Assembly: GCA_965645245.1 (NCBI GenBank)
Contig: OZ287067.1
Location: 3,162,001-3,226,000, forward strand
DNA from: Massalongia carnosa
Lineage: Eukaryota
DNA: 64,000 nucleotides
Direction: 5' to 3'
The notes under the pieces were generated by a model. It ran no database searches. It saw only the letters and a list, made by a program, of their open reading frames with translations, and had not been told where the DNA came from. This document shows positions 40,131 to 53,570 of this stretch, one piece after another (position 1 is the first letter of the stretch; each line of letters begins with the position of its first letter). The position numbers and the translations under genes are program-made.

Positions 40131-41400
40131 CTATGCCTTCCTCGACCTCGTGACCGGCCCATTTGCCGTCCTCCCCGAGGCCTTGGCGTTCCCGTTCATG
40201 GTCGCGTGGCCGTTTGCGGTCACGCCGTTCGTGTGGCTCATGGCATACTTGGCCGAATCAACGGTAGGGATTTCCATCTTGCTCATGTCGATCGCGGCTC
40301 TGGTGGCAGTGCCGCTGCGCTTACGGCCTCGTTGGCCGGTCTTTTTGTAGGTGGCGAAGTAAAAGGAGATGAAAAGGAGGAGGTAGGAGGAGAGGATGCC
40401 GATGCCGGCGAAGGCGGCGAATTCTTCACCGGCACATTTCCCGTAACTGGGGAGGTGGGGGAAGTAGGTGGAGGTAAAGTAGGTGTAGGAGGCGAAGTAG
40501 ACGAATCCTGATGGCATTTCTCGGTTAGTTCGGGGGCTTTGGCCTGAGATCGAACTAGGGAAGGCTCACCGAGATCGATGACGAATTGGGCGATTTGCAG
40601 ACGAGTGATCCATTTTTTCCACCAGACGCGGATACCCCGGGCGCTCTGGAAATAGTACCAGTACATGACTACATGGACGAGGAGATTGAGGGTGATGGGG
40701 ACCCAGGATACAGCCGTAATGCCGATCAATTGGGTGTAACATAACAAAGCCGTCGCTCCATGATGATATGTATGTAAAAAGGCTACGTAAAGGCAATTAG
40801 CTTCATTCTTCATTCTCCCATCGGCACGTTGGTTCGCATACTTAGAGGTTTTTTTTTCAAGAACATGAACACAGTGTCGATCAACTCAATATATTTCGTG
40901 AGGTAGTTGAGCTTGGGGAAATTTTAGTTTCGATGAGAGAGCGGCATTGAGAATGTATCGCCCCGGGAAGGAGGAGAACTCACGTAGTACAGAGTGACCA
41001 ATGGCTCCGTCCATCCTCCTCGATGGTCGCAAATGGTAAAAAATACCCCCTTCCTCCACACGGTTGGGAGCAGCTGCTCAATGAACAACGCCAACAGTGT
41101 CCCGCTGATTATCGTCAAGTATAAATTATGTACCATGAACAACCGGTTCAGGTTCAGCGGCGCTCGATTCTTCATCAACTCTCGCCCCGCAAACACTGTG
41201 ATATAGTATGTCGACAGTAGCACTACCGTCGCCGTGAGCGTTGACAATGGCGTTTCGCCGGGAACGAATCGAAAATCTCGAGCTGAGTGGCCCTTCACGT
41301 AGGTGTAGAATTGGTCGAAGAGCGGCCATAACTCCACTCCAAAGGGTCGGTCAATGGAGGGCATGGGAAAAGGAACTGATTTGAGCACGTCTGAAGTCAT
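40131..41400 (-). CDS. Fatty acid elongase, ELO/GNS1/SUR4 family; exons 41400-40984, 40911-40842, 40782-40570, 40507-40131
   Basis: [27 protein letters not shown] (HxxHH box), [17 protein letters not shown] and [11 protein letters not shown]-terminal ...SRKA. Three canonical introns. Confidence 0.95.
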
Positions 41401-43770
41401 TTTGTTCGTGATAATGCGCCGCAACGCCAAAACTCCTTGGCAACAGCGGCACCTTCTGGTAGAGACGTAGATTTCAACGTCTCCGTGGGTGGAAGGGGTT
41501 GCTCAGTGTGGTTTTTCTTGGGTGTTAAAATCCGGGGGGCTGTACAGAGCGAAAATAATTACAATGGTGGAGAAGCGCAAGCGGTATGGGGGAAAAGGAG
41601 TGACAATAAGGGAAGGTGATTGTTTGAGGGGACGACGGCATCAACAGTTGGAATTGTTTTGGAAAAGTTAAAAGGGATTACGCATTCAAGGCACAGAAGG
41701 CTAGCGACATCAAATTAAAAAATTGTCGATGGGTAGATTTCGGTCCTTTTTGCGCAGCCAATCAGACGCTAGAGATTTAGTTTGTGGGCTTCTAAGATAA
41801 TTGAGATGATCACGTCAGCACATACTTACTCTGTACAGAGGTATTGCTGTTTAGAAACAACATTCATGAGATGATATGATCATGCATTCCAATGGAGGTG
41901 TCCAGAGTAGGAGTACAGATTCCTCTTGCTGAGTACGGATAACTACAAATCGCTTGCATGCTACCATTTGAAGCTGGGCTTGTCCTACCTAATTGCTATC
42001 AACCCTATGCTATCGTTCTCTGGATGATATTCTCAGCCTGTCAAAAAGCAGAGAATAGACAAGCGCCATGGACTCCTATTTTTTATTTCCTCGCTCCAAT
42101 CTTTCCAATTCGCGCCACCGATCAGATAGCCGATGTTCTGGTGTCGGCGATGCTTCAAAAATTTGATGAATCGTGTAATGCCGGGATATGCGCCTGAACC
42201 TGCCAGGAATACAGATGTACTCTACGTCAACGTGGGCGTCTTTGAGCAAGTTAAAACGTTTGGCTGTAGACCTGGCATGAGCGCGTACTGGCGCAGGGAT
42301 TTCTCTAAGAATACCAACACTCAACGAAACCGCTTTAGCTGATGATAATGAGGCATTGGGAACATTCTTCATGTCACTAGTGAATTCACTATCGTGTGTG
42401 TGTGCGTAATAGCAACAAGCTAGTAAAATCGCTATGACCGTGCTCTCATATATTTGGAGCAGGGAAGGCTGGTGCCGGATGACTCATGCCATGCACCTAG
42501 ATCGACCCAGCCATTTTGAAGCCTTAGATAGACGATTCGCTGCAAGCCCAGAATTCGAACACTCAAGGTGTTGGGAAAGCCAAGACGTTCAATCACTATC
42601 TTGGGTAGGGTTTATGTATCTAGATCTATTGAGCTCTTCGAAAGCTCAACTTGCACAATAAATGCAGCGCTGTTCAGCCCCTCCACTAGCATGCTTTTAT
42701 GAATACTGAACCATGAAGACCATTTTCATACTGAGAGAATGGCTTAGATATTGGACGCCGTTAGCGAAAAATCGGTCCCACGGACCGAATTGAACAGAGA
42801 TTTAGGTTTGTCCCGAGCTACGATACTTGAAAGATACTATTGATGTTCGGATCTGCGACATTATACTCGTTCGTGAGGATATACCAGAGAGCAGAATGTG
42901 AGATGCCATCTCCGGCCAAACGAGTTTTGCAGGTATGACTTTTGAATAAACGTGGGAAATTAGGCCTTCTTAAGCCTAAACTGAAAAGAGTCCTCAAATA
43001 TGCTGATCGAATCAAGAGTTCATGCACTTTGAAAAGAGCGTCGAGCTATCATGTATACTTCCCAACATTGTCTAAATAAGAAAAGGGCGAAGTCGGTATG
43101 TCTCATTCGTCCCATCCATGTTAACTAGTCAAGAGAATTTCACGAAATGGACACCAATGCCTGTCGACAGTGAAAAACTCACAGCTGCAGCGGAGATGAT
43201 GCGTAAAACAGTCCGAACACCTATCCCCTTATCTAACGTCAAAGTCTAGCCAATATTTTCTTTGAATAATAAGAATGAAGCTGAAACGAAAATTGAAATT
43301 GAATTCATAGAGCTAAATGACCCCCTTGGAAATTTTTGAGTCGATAACATAATTTGTATATAGGAAGCATGACAAAAAGACTAATTGAAGAAAGCTCTCT
43401 CTGTGGAACAGCAGTGAGGATAGTTAAATATCGCCATCTAGCAATATGACAAATAGAAATTATAGATCTGGAATTGTATATATGATGTTTTGACTGATGA
43501 ATATTTCATTCAAGCTCTTCCATCTCGATTTCGCGTGAAGCCGCAAAGCATGAATCAATGGTAAGATCTATTCAAGAGAGGAGCAATTTCTCGCATTTTG
43601 AGAATGCTCCAAGCCTACGCGATTTAATTTTTTGCCAATTTAGGCTTAGTTTAGGCCAAGACCTCGCGCAGGAGTTAACTCCGCCAATCCACTGACGATT
43701 GACATGTCTCTCTGTACCTCCTCTGTAGACAATCACAGCTACCTCACGTCTCAACCTCCATCCCTTCCCG

Positions 43771-44574
43771 ATGTCGTCTCTCAACCTTGCTCGTCTAGTA
43801 TCGCGGACACAGCCAACCCAATTTTTCCGTTCACAGGTTGCGCCAAAACGACCTTCCCTTATAATAGGAGCCCCCACGATAGGATGCGTCAGTGGCTTTA
43901 GCACCAGCCTGAAACGGAGGGAGGATAAAGATGGGCAAGGCCCAAAGGGTGGCTCAGGCCATGACGAAGAGAGCTTTGAGGAGTTTACGGCTAGGTAAGG
44001 GCGCACGGGGCTGTCTCAGCCTAGTAACACTCATATACGGACAATGCTTCCATTTACTGATTGACTGCGTTCGCTGCGCTGTGGAGGCTCAATTGGCTGA
44101 CTCTGAACCTTTACGATGTCTAGGTACGAAAAAGAATTCGATGCAGTGCAAGATGTATTTGAGTTACAAGTAATCCCCCCGTTCGACCTCTAGCAAACCT
44201 TTAACTTACTCTTACCCAGCGCAACTTAAACAATGCCTTCGCCTACGATCTCGTACCATCTACCTCCGTCATTACCGCGGCTGTTAGAGCTGCTCGGAGG
44301 GTCAATGATTTCCCCACCGCTGTGCGGATTTTTGAGGGTACGACACCCCCGTTTGCCATTCCCGCAATCACGGTCATCTCTCCAATGCTTCCCAGCGCAT
44401 CAATACCTTGCACTGCTAATAGAATTCCTCATGCTTCTTTCGATTTTAGGCATCAAAGCAAAAGTGGAGAATAAAGGCCAATACGATGAATACCTCCGCG
44501 ACCTGGAACCTCTGCGGGAAGAACTCGGCGTGAGCTTGAAGGAAGACCTTTACCCGGAGCCTCCCAAACGGTGA
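43771..44574 (+). CDS. COX6: Cytochrome c oxidase subunit Va (fungal Cox6); exons 43771-43994, 44124-44169, 44220-44337, 44450-44574
   Basis: Arg/Ser-rich mitochondrial presequence, then HDEESFEEFTARYEKEFDAVQDVFELQRNLNNAFAYDLVPS...AARRVNDFPTAVRIFEGIKAKVENKGQY..YL..L.PLREELGV. Three GT-AG introns. Confidence 0.95.
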
Positions 44575-45508
44575 AATGTGCTGGGGCATGGTTGGCGGTA
44601 GGAAGGGGCACTGAGGCGAGGAAGCTATGTACGGTTTGGTGAGGACGAGGGAACTTTAACTACGTCTAATTGGGGTATTGGGAACGTGCAGGGAAGCCGG
44701 CTTTCTGCGGGAGAAAAATAAAAAGCAGCAAACGGGGTTAGGGGGGTTAGCGAGATTAACCAAGCAGTAAATGGTGAGAATCGATGAGGGCTAAATTTCA
44801 AGAGTTAGATTTCCTCATTCTTCAAAACACATACTAGTTACTTCATAACCGCATCGTTCCCCCATCATAAAATCAGTATATTCCTCTCAGACTGTACGCT
44901 ACAATGACCCGGCTCTTCCTCTTTCCCTCTAGTTGCACTTACCGTTCCACAATTGGATTATAAGCATGCGTTTTCCAGAACAAGAACTCATTACGCATTT
45001 TTCACCGCAACCCCCATTCCTCCTCTCTAAGATATGGGGAGGGGGGGCCATCCCATCTCCCCCCCTTGAGCTCATATTCTAAAAACCGAGCCCGTTCCTG
45101 GAACCCCCCCCCCTTCCCGCCCTTCCCGCCCTTTGTTTTTTTTAAAAAAATTTCTATCTCGAGTTCTCGTGGCACACCACCAACCAACCACCTGCCTACC
45201 TACCTACCTAGCTGCTTCTCCTTTTCTTTTCAGTTCTTGGACTGCGTAACTTTACCCTCTCTATTCTCCTAGTACCACGATATCGAACGAACGACCAAGG
45301 GCATGCATGTATGGGCTTTGTAGACCTAATTATTACCTACTTACCTACCTACCTATGAATATATTCTGCGGCTAGCTGGCTTATCGTCATTCAAAGCTAG
45401 TTCGAGTGATGAACTCCGTTTCGTGATACCATGCTCTTCTCGTTGCCCAATGCTTGGATTCGTCATTACATCAATCGTCCCGACCAGAAGAAAAAGAAAA
45501 CCACTCTT

Positions 45509-47302
45509 CTAGCTGGAAGCTGTTTTGATCTTTGCCAACCTGGCTTGCAGAAGTTTCTCCTTCCACACGTCAACCTCTTCAAGCGCCCTATAGGGCTCCT
45601 TCTTGCGCGTCAGCAGGAACCCCTGAATTTCGGCTGGAGTGAAGGTGTCTTCCGGCAGCTTTGCGGCGAATCGCGACGCGATTTCCTCGAGATCGGTCGT
45701 ATCCGAGGTCCCAGAGGGAGTATTATGACGAGGGCTTTGCGGAGGGGTAGGTTCGTTGGGGTGGCCGGGAATTCTGGACATGGTTTCTCTGTTCAAAAGG
45801 CCGAGCTTGGAGGTGGGCTCATAAGAGCTGCCGTTTTTGATGCTTATTGAGATCGATCTGGGGGCATCATGAGGAGAGTACATGCGCATAAAAAGCTCGT
45901 GGATTTGAGAGCGGGTGGCCATAGTAAAGCTGATTTTCATATCGATTCGCCCAGGGCGGATGAGAGCATCGTCAAGCTTGTCGGGGAAATTCGTCGTCAT
46001 GAGCAAAACCCTACCCTCGTGCGAGGCCACGCCGTCAATGGCGTTCAGCAGCCCAGAAAGCGAGATTCCTTTGTTGTCACCGTTGCTGCTTTTGAACCTA
46101 TCGTTCTTGTTCTGCACGGATTTGAGCGCCTTGGCGATTTCAGTGCTGATCTTTGCGGTAGCATCTTGATCGTCGGGTTTCTCGGCCTCTTCCGGCTCTT
46201 TTCGGTTGATAAGCCCCGCGCTGTCGATATCCTCCAGAAGCACTACACATCGCCGAGGAAGACTAGTGAACATGAGACCCAGGTCCTCTTCCGTCAACGT
46301 AGGTTCCACAAGAGAGATGCAATAAATATCTAGGCCAAACACCCCGGCAATCGCCCAAGCAAGTGAGCTTTTGCCGGTCCCTGGCGGCCCATGGAAAAGA
46401 TAACCGCGGCGATAGGGAATCCCACGATTTGCATACCATCGGGGAGTCGACGAATGTAGATATTCGTTGATATCAGCGAGAAGTCGGCGCTTCTGAGCGG
46501 GATCGAGCACGACTGTTTCCATGGGTCTGGAGGGCCGAGTTGCCACTTTGTTCCACACGCTGCGACCCCTCCCTCGCTGTTCTTTGGGTGCTGGTCGCCG
46601 CACCACGGTACAAGCCTTTTCTTTCTCTAAATATTTATCGCGGCATTCCTTCAGAAGGTCCTTGATCGGCTGAGTTGTCCGTCCAATGCAGGTTAACCTG
46701 ATTGTCTCGTCCTCTCCAAACACCGTGCTGCCGCCCCATCCGCCGTACATCATCTGTTTAGCTTCCCGCCTGAACTCAAAGTAGGTACCGCGATGGAAAA
46801 ACCGATGGCGACCAAAGTAGGGTTGGAACTTTGGGGGCACTTTGGCGTCCCAGTTGGCAAAATTAACGAGGTTATCCGGGTCCAAATCCTCCTCTTCTTC
46901 ATCCGCATCTTGCAGGTCCCAAGCACTGCCGTAGCTTGTTTTCGCCATCAGGGTCCGTGAGTTTTTGGAGATCTTTTGTTCTTGTAGCCATTCCAGCACG
47001 TGATCGTAGAGATCGTCGTCGGAGTTGATACTGATGAAGCTCATGAAATGCTCTTCGAATTGTTCGTATGCATTGTTCCATAAAAATTTAAGGGACGTAA
47101 AGAGGCCAAACGCCAAGACACATGTCGAGACCACTAAAGTAACGTCGAAGCCAAGGACATCCAATAAGAATTTGGAGATGATGGAGTAGCCCGGAATTAA
47201 GGCTTCCAGGAGATTGGCCGGGAGCTGGGTGAGACGGACGGTTGAGTTGGTGGGAGGGTTCTCAGTGGATTTGATTGCTCTGAAAGCATCGCTTAATGTC
47301 AT
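45509..47302 (-). CDS. BCS1-family mitochondrial AAA+ ATPase (BCS1_N + AAA)
   Basis: Intronless 597-aa ORF with RPSRPMETVVLD, WYANRGIPYRRGYLFHGPPGTGKSS (Walker A), VLLEDID (Walker B), SLSGLLNAIDGVAS.EGR, LDDALIRPGRID and FTPAEIQGFLL. Confidence 0.93.
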   Translation of the reverse strand: MTLSDAFRAIKSTENPPTNSTVRLTQLPANLLEALIPGYSIISKFLLDVLGFDVTLVVSTCVLAFGLFTSLKFLWNNAYEQFEEHFMSFISINSDDDLYDHVLEWLQEQKISKNSRTLMAKTSYGSAWDLQDADEEEEDLDPDNLVNFANWDAKVPPKFQPYFGRHRFFHRGTYFEFRREAKQMMYGGWGGSTVFGEDETIRLTCIGRTTQPIKDLLKECRDKYLEKEKACTVVRRPAPKEQRGRGRSVWNKVATRPSRPMETVVLDPAQKRRLLADINEYLHSSTPRWYANRGIPYRRGYLFHGPPGTGKSSLAWAIAGVFGLDIYCISLVEPTLTEEDLGLMFTSLPRRCVVLLEDIDSAGLINRKEPEEAEKPDDQDATAKISTEIAKALKSVQNKNDRFKSSNGDNKGISLSGLLNAIDGVASHEGRVLLMTTNFPDKLDDALIRPGRIDMKISFTMATRSQIHELFMRMYSPHDAPRSISISIKNGSSYEPTSKLGLLNRETMSRIPGHPNEPTPPQSPRHNTPSGTSDTTDLEEIASRFAAKLPEDTFTPAEIQGFLLTRKKEPYRALEEVDVWKEKLLQARLAKIKTASS

Positions 47303-48070
47303 GATGGGATTCCTCAGGGTGATCAGACTAGAACAAGGCTAAAATTAATACCTAAGGCCTGATGCGATGCCCTTGGGAGATATAGGCTGCTCGTTGTTAA
47401 CGATCGGTGAGACACATTATAATGAAAATCCAGAGTTCTGCATTTAAATCAAAAGTGGCAATATTGCTTCACTGCATCAGAAATTACGCGGATGCGTGAG
47501 TCAAGAAGTTGTTTGGGAAATATGAAAGTGACGGTTTATATATTCAAGTGGATATCAAATCAGACTAGCAAGGAAGTTGAAGACTAGGCAATTGAAGGAG
47601 CGAAAGCTGCTGAGACAGGATTGTGGGGCAGCTACGGGTTTTTGGCATCAGAAACTATTTTTCTTTTGTCTTTTTTTTCGTTTTTCTTCTACAGAGTATC
47701 AGCATGTCAGCGTATCAGGGTATCAACATCAACACCCTCACTAGCGCCGGTCAACGCGGGTTGAAGATATGTGAAGATTCTGTTAGGAAGTACCGAACGA
47801 GGCTGGTGCAGTGTGGCAACGTCTAGTTAGTCTATTTAGTTAGCTAGTCCGCCTCTGCCCCATTTTTTTTTTCAATTCCAGCCTCACATGCGCGAGCTGA
47901 GAATGGTTCTTGCATGAGCTGATTGATTCGTGCTGCAACCGCAACGAAGGGAATGTGGTTCGTGTTGTCACTATAGAAGCATATTCCTTCTCAGGCTCTT
48001 GTTCAACAAGTCCAGGACCTCCAATGCACGAGTAATTGAGTAATATGTAGATTGCGTCTGCTAGCTGAAC

Positions 48071-48596
48071 TGTTATATGGCAAGGCTACCATCAATACAG
48101 GCATCCATCATGAGTCCCACGGGTGCCTAATAGGCAATTATGAGAAGCCTACAGTACGACTGTTTAGGCTCCCGTATGTGACTACGATATGATTGCTATA
48201 TAAGCAGGTATGTATGAAATATAAATTCACTTTGTAGGTATAATAGCATGATTGTCATTGAAGGTAATTATCTATGTGGGCTATAAGTCTGCGTTATATA
48301 GCAGTCACAAATTGTCACATCTAGGAGCCTAAACGGTCAGACTTTGTCCTCCCATATCTGCTTGTTTAGGCACCCTGACGATCAGACCTTCACTCCCATA
48401 TCTGCTTTTTTAGGCACTTTGCAAGGCACCTCCCGAGGCTCATGATGGATGCCCATATTGATGGTGGCCTTATCATCTAACATCTAACATTAGGCACCTC
48501 CCATAGATGCCTGGCAGGCACCCGTGGGACTCACGATGGATGCCTATACTAGTGGTAGTCTGACCATCTAACCGATGGTAGCCTTACCATTTAACA
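48071..48596. repeat. Imperfect fold-back repeat with TGTTA...TAACA ends (inverted LTR-like copies or MITE-like element)
   Basis: The left arm TGTTATATGGCAAGGCTACCATC...GGCATCCATCATGAGTCCCACGGGTGCCT...TTTAGGCTCC...GCTATATAA recurs as a reverse complement in 48290-48596, with internal duplications. No TSD match (TGAAC vs GTAGT). Confidence 0.6.
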
Positions 48597-49049
48597 GTAG
48601 TTAATTGGAATGTGCAATTGATATTTATCTATGATATGAATAATAACAGTTAACGATCGTAAGTTGCGGTCGAGAAGTGTCGCAAAAAGCTGCAAAATAG
48701 TTTCAATTTCAGGATTTGTCCCAGATTCACTCATTTTATCATCTAGGCAGATCGATTGCCTACGCAGACCGCTTTCCCCGACTAGAGGTGCACAGGTGGT
48801 ACACCTCGTATGGAGGCAGCTAAGCGAAGGCCGACGACTATCGAATGTAATCTACGAGGCTGCAAGAGCCACCACTTTTCCTTCGAGCGGATGTCTAATA
48901 ATACTTCTACTAGCCGCTCATGCAAGGAGTCGTTACATTATGAATATGTATTGATTTACGTGTAGGTATAATAGCATGATTATCATTGAAGGTAATTATC
49001 CATGTAGACTACTCATTGATTAATCGAAATATTCATCTTTATTCAATCG

Positions 49050-49321
49050 TGTTGAAATAGGTATATGACTATGGCTATATGGCTATGTAATAATAAAGGT
49101 ATGTATGACCGTGATGTTAAGGATGAAGAGTTGCTATGCAGCAATCTTTTCCTATTACTGGTCACCCTTCTAAGCGAGGTGATCTTATCTTATCTTAGGA
49201 CTAAGCCTAATGCGGCATCTACGGTTTCCGTAGATCATCTGTCAATCTAGGGCAGCCGTAGGTGCTATGTTCATTGAACTGATAGGTGTTCATTGTGCTG
49301 GTAGGAATTGGATATTCAACA
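49050..49321 (-). repeat. 3' LTR of Copia element
   Basis: 272 bp, 3 substitutions versus the other LTR. Preceded on the minus strand by the purine tract GAGGGGGGG (49322-49330). Confidence 0.95.
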
Positions 49322-49389
49322 CCCCCCCTCAAGTCCTACCAGTACTTGTTTCCATCGTAGATTCAACCGTGATTGAACTTCTTAACCTC

Positions 49390-52300
49390 TCATGTCTGTT
49401 TGTCCATGTTGAGCTGTCTGATAAAGGAGAAGAACTTGACGTGCGTAAGGGGTTTTGTCAGTCCATCTGCAAACATGTCTTCGGTCGGAACATAGGTGAG
49501 GTCGATTCTTCCTTCTAGCACCTCGTTTCGTATGAAGTGGTGCTGAATGTCGATATGCTTGGTCCTGGAGTGTAATACGGGATTATTGGCCAGTGCTATG
49601 GCGCTTTGGTTGTCGCCTTTCAATGCAATTGTGCCTTCTCCTCTTAACACGTTTATTGTCGGGGATCCGTCATCAGAAGTCATCAATCCGAGTTCAGTCA
49701 TCAGTAAACGTAGCCATGTAGCCTCCTTTGCTGCTAAGGCGAGTGCATATACTCTGCTTCGGTTGATGACAATGCGACGGTCGTTTGTCTTTTGGAACAC
49801 CAGCTTATTGGTCCATTGTTCAGCATGAACACATAACCCGAGGTGGATTTTCGCTGCTCTTTGTCTCCGGCCCAGTCAGAGTCAGAATATCCTTGTATAC
49901 ATAAATCTCCCCCACCGAAGGTGATGCCTCTATTCTTGGTACCGCTAAGGTATCTGAGAATGTGTTTGGCCGCTTCCATATGTGTTTTGCCTGGATTCTT
50001 TGCATGGCGACTGACTACGGACGTTGCGAAAGCTATGTCTGGCCTGGTTTCTATCATTGCGAACATGATGGATCCAACCATGGTTTGATATTGCTTTATA
50101 TCCTTGTCGGAGGCCTGAGATTCATTGATGAAGAGACAGCCTTCTCGCATGGGAGTGTTTGTTGTCTTTGCGGTTTGCATATGGAATCTTTCCAATACCT
50201 TCTCGATATAGGCTGGTTGAGATAGCTTTATGGTTTTGTTGACTCGATCTCGTTCGACTTTGAGGCCTAAATAGTAGCTGATTGGTCCCATGTCTACCAT
50301 CTTGAAAGCTAGCTTGAGCTGTTTCTTGACTTCGGTGATCATCGGGGAACCCTTTGGGCCTATGATGTTCAAATCGTCAACGAAAGAGGTAACAATGGGT
50401 CCTTTTATCCCTTGAGATGTGACGAAGATGCTATGATCTGCGTGGTGTTTCTCCAGTCCTAATTTGCTCAATAGAAAAGCTGATAGTCGTTCATACCAGA
50501 GACGCGGAGACTGTTTCAAACCGTATAGGGCTTTATTCAGCCTGTACACCATGCCAGCTGTGTCATATCCTTTCGGCATGTGGACATAGATGAGTTGATC
50601 GATGAAACCGTTCAGAAAAGCTGTCACTATATCCAGTTGCTCGATGTCCAGATCATGATGGGCAGCTAACGCGAATAGCAAGCGAAAAGCCATTGGTTTG
50701 ACCACAGATGCAAAGGTTTGATCGAAATCTACTCCGTATTGTTGTAGATATCCTTTGACAACCCATCTGGCTTTAAAGCGAACGATCTTTCCATTTACGT
50801 CCCGTTTCAGGTTGAATACCCATTTGCCACTCAAGACTATATGTCCGGGTTCCATGGACTCGGTGGATAATGTATCCCAGGTGTTTTTCTCCAGCAGACT
50901 TTTGATCTTCTCATCCATTGCCAGACTCCATTCGTTTGCGTATTTGGAGTTCATTGCTTGATGATATGTTTGTGGCTCAGCTGTGTCTGACTGAATGAAC
51001 GCATCGTAGTCGTTCAGGTATGCTGCTCCCTCTATTTCCAGTTCTTTGGCCAGAAGTATGAGTGGGTCTTCTTCGTCTCTATCTGCCAGTGTGGGGATGT
51101 GTTCTGGTTCACTTAATGCCTCATTTGACAGGAGACTCAGCACTTGTGCGACATGGGCGTGTTTTCTGGGTCTACCTCGTCCACGTTTGGGGATTTCACT
51201 TATCTTGGAATTCAACTCTGGTTGGTCTTTTGAAGGAGTGGGACTGATTTCGAGTGTGGTATCTTTCTCGTTTTGAATCATTATGGAATCGTACGTGGGT
51301 AGATCGGTCCCATCTTTGAATGTGGCGTCTTCATGAATCCGTAAGTCCTTGACCCTGATGACCTTGTAGTCTTTTTCCATAAAGACGCGATAGATGGTGC
51401 TTCCGTTATATCCACACAGGATTCCTTTCTGAGCCCTCGGAGAAAATTTAGCATCCTTGCTGTTTAGTCCTTTTCGCTCTTCTTCGTGGATCAACGCATA
51501 GACTGCCAAGGCGTTGGTTGGTCTGACGTTCTTGGTGTGAACCATGGCTAGAACTACTTCTGCCCACAAGTAGTCGGGAATGTCTCCGGCAATGACACTG
51601 CATCTTGTCATGTCCATGATGGTTCTGCCCATTCGTTCCGCGACTCCGTTTTCCTCTTGAGAGTATGGAGCAGCTGGTTCAAACGTTATGCCTTGTTCCA
51701 GGAACCAAACGTCTGACTTGTGACTGCGAAGCTCCGTACCGAAGTCAGTGCGAAAACTACTTATGGGTTTAGCCTTTCCAGATTTGTTTTGGGCCATGCT
51801 GTAGTACGTCAACAAGTGATCAAACCATTCACTCTTCTTGTGTCCGGTATAGACATGAGTGTATCTGCTAGCATCACAGGTGAAAGTGAAGAAGTAAAGT
51901 TCTTCAAGAAGTCCTGCTGGCTTGATTGGTCCCACTAGGTCAGAGTTTATCTTTTGAAAGAGCTCTGTGGCCCTCTCTTGCTGTGTTCGGTTGTATATCT
52001 TTTTGGCTTTTCCCATTTCGCATGCATGGCAAAACCAACCTTGGTTGATATCGTCATCGTACGTTATGTCTAGCGTTTTCAAATATTTTCGACACGTCGG
52101 AATGTTGAGATGACCAAGCCTTGCATGCCATGTAGTGAGTTTTGATTTGACAGATATTTGACAGATAGTGACGTCCAGTCCTTGATAGGTGTCCTCGTCC
52201 ACTTTGCTCAAATGCATCCTCATATCTGGGGTGTCAACGGTCTGTAGCATGAAGTTGTTGTCAACTCTCGGTACGTGCCCTATGACTTTTGCAGTGGATC

Positions 52301-53570
52301 CCATGAACAGTCTCCAGTTTGAATTGTCATAGAAGATATCGTGTTGATTCAGCATTCCCAAACTCACAAGGTTCACCGGACATTGAGGAATGTAGAGAAC
52401 ATTGTTAAGAATCAGTATCGACGAGGGTAAGCCGTCCTCCAAGATCAATGTCTTGTGAATGGTTCCTCTGCCTGGCGACGTTCCTGTGGACGTTGACCCT
52501 GCTAGATCAGTGGAGTAACTCGTATAGTCAGTGAACGAGTATCTGTGGTTGCATACGTGCATATCTGCAGCGCTGTCCAATAACCACGAGTTCTTGTTCA
52601 GATTCGTCATGGTCATGACTTTTTGCAGTCTTGTGGCCATGACCTGTGTGACTCAACTACTCACCGTTGGAATGTTGGGTGATGTATGAGGTAAGTCCGC
52701 CTTCGTTTCTGACGAGGTAGTCTTTTGTTTCTTTGCTCTTCCGGATTCGAGCGAACTTCTATGTCTTTTTAGCTGTGGAAACTTCTGCCAACAGTTATCT
52801 GGCCAGTGACGAGTGTTCTTTCTCTCGACACATTCAGAGAAGGTGCAGGTCCCAAATGGGGCTCGACCTCTCGAGTCAGGTGTGCTGATATGAAGTGCCT
52901 TGGTGTTTTTCATGTTGACAGAATAAGCAACAATGGTCTTCATTGCTTCCGACAGGTTTGTGGTTTCGTGTGTCCAATCTCATCGAAGTTGGGCTATCAA
53001 TGGGGAATAGACGTCTGTGGTGTTACCCAGCATCATTCCCTGAAGCATGAACTCCACGGTATGCACATCCACTTTGGCCTTGTCGTCCAGCATTCCTTTA
53101 ATTTTGTTTAAAGCGCTCTCGTACTCTGCACAGTATAGGCTGGTGGTCTCGAAGTCAGTCATCTTCTTAGAACTAACCTTCAGAATGATGTCGCTGATGC
53201 TCATTGGTGCTATATCTTGGAATCTATCCTTCAGGATTTTCCACATTTCTGCCGCATTCTTGTTGTCGATGAGGCTGTAATGGCACTCCGCAACTAATCC
53301 GTGAATGATTCCTATAGCCTTGGTCATCTCGGCCTTCTGTCTATTCTTCTCGTCACGCAGCTCTTTTACCAAGATGCTGACAGAAAGACCTTTGGCGTCG
53401 AAGCCTGCTTATATTAAACCTTCCTTGATGGTTTCAGCGGTGATTTCTGATTGATTCTCTAGAATGGCTCCTTCGCAGTTATTCTTGAGCAGAATGCCCT
53501 TCGTATAGCTTGCCCATGCCGAATATCTTTCGGCCTTCTCCAAAAGATGTGACGTATCTATGATAGACAT
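49390..53570 (-). pseudogene. Copia gag-pol polyprotein, disrupted
   Basis: gag ATG at 53570. In-frame stops at 53409-53411 (TAA), 52980-52982 (TGA) and 52653-52655 (TGA). PR WLLDSAA, pre-integrase WHARLGH..C..C, IN DLVGP/RTDFGTE/ENGVAER, RT KARWVVKG/YGLKQSPRLW/FVDDL, RH YSDSDWAG/STEAEY. A 1-nt frameshift near 49745 precedes ALALAAKE...TKHIDI. Confidence 0.93.

Noticed and set aside
43771..47302. COX6 and BCS1-like gene adjacency as a respiratory gene cluster
   Set aside because: Only two convergent genes, and the 597-aa BCS1-like protein may be one of the expanded fungal paralogs rather than the complex III chaperone.
49065..49250. Near-identical 61-aa ORFs at 49065 and 54883
   Set aside because: They simply lie within the two LTRs; no evidence of coding function.
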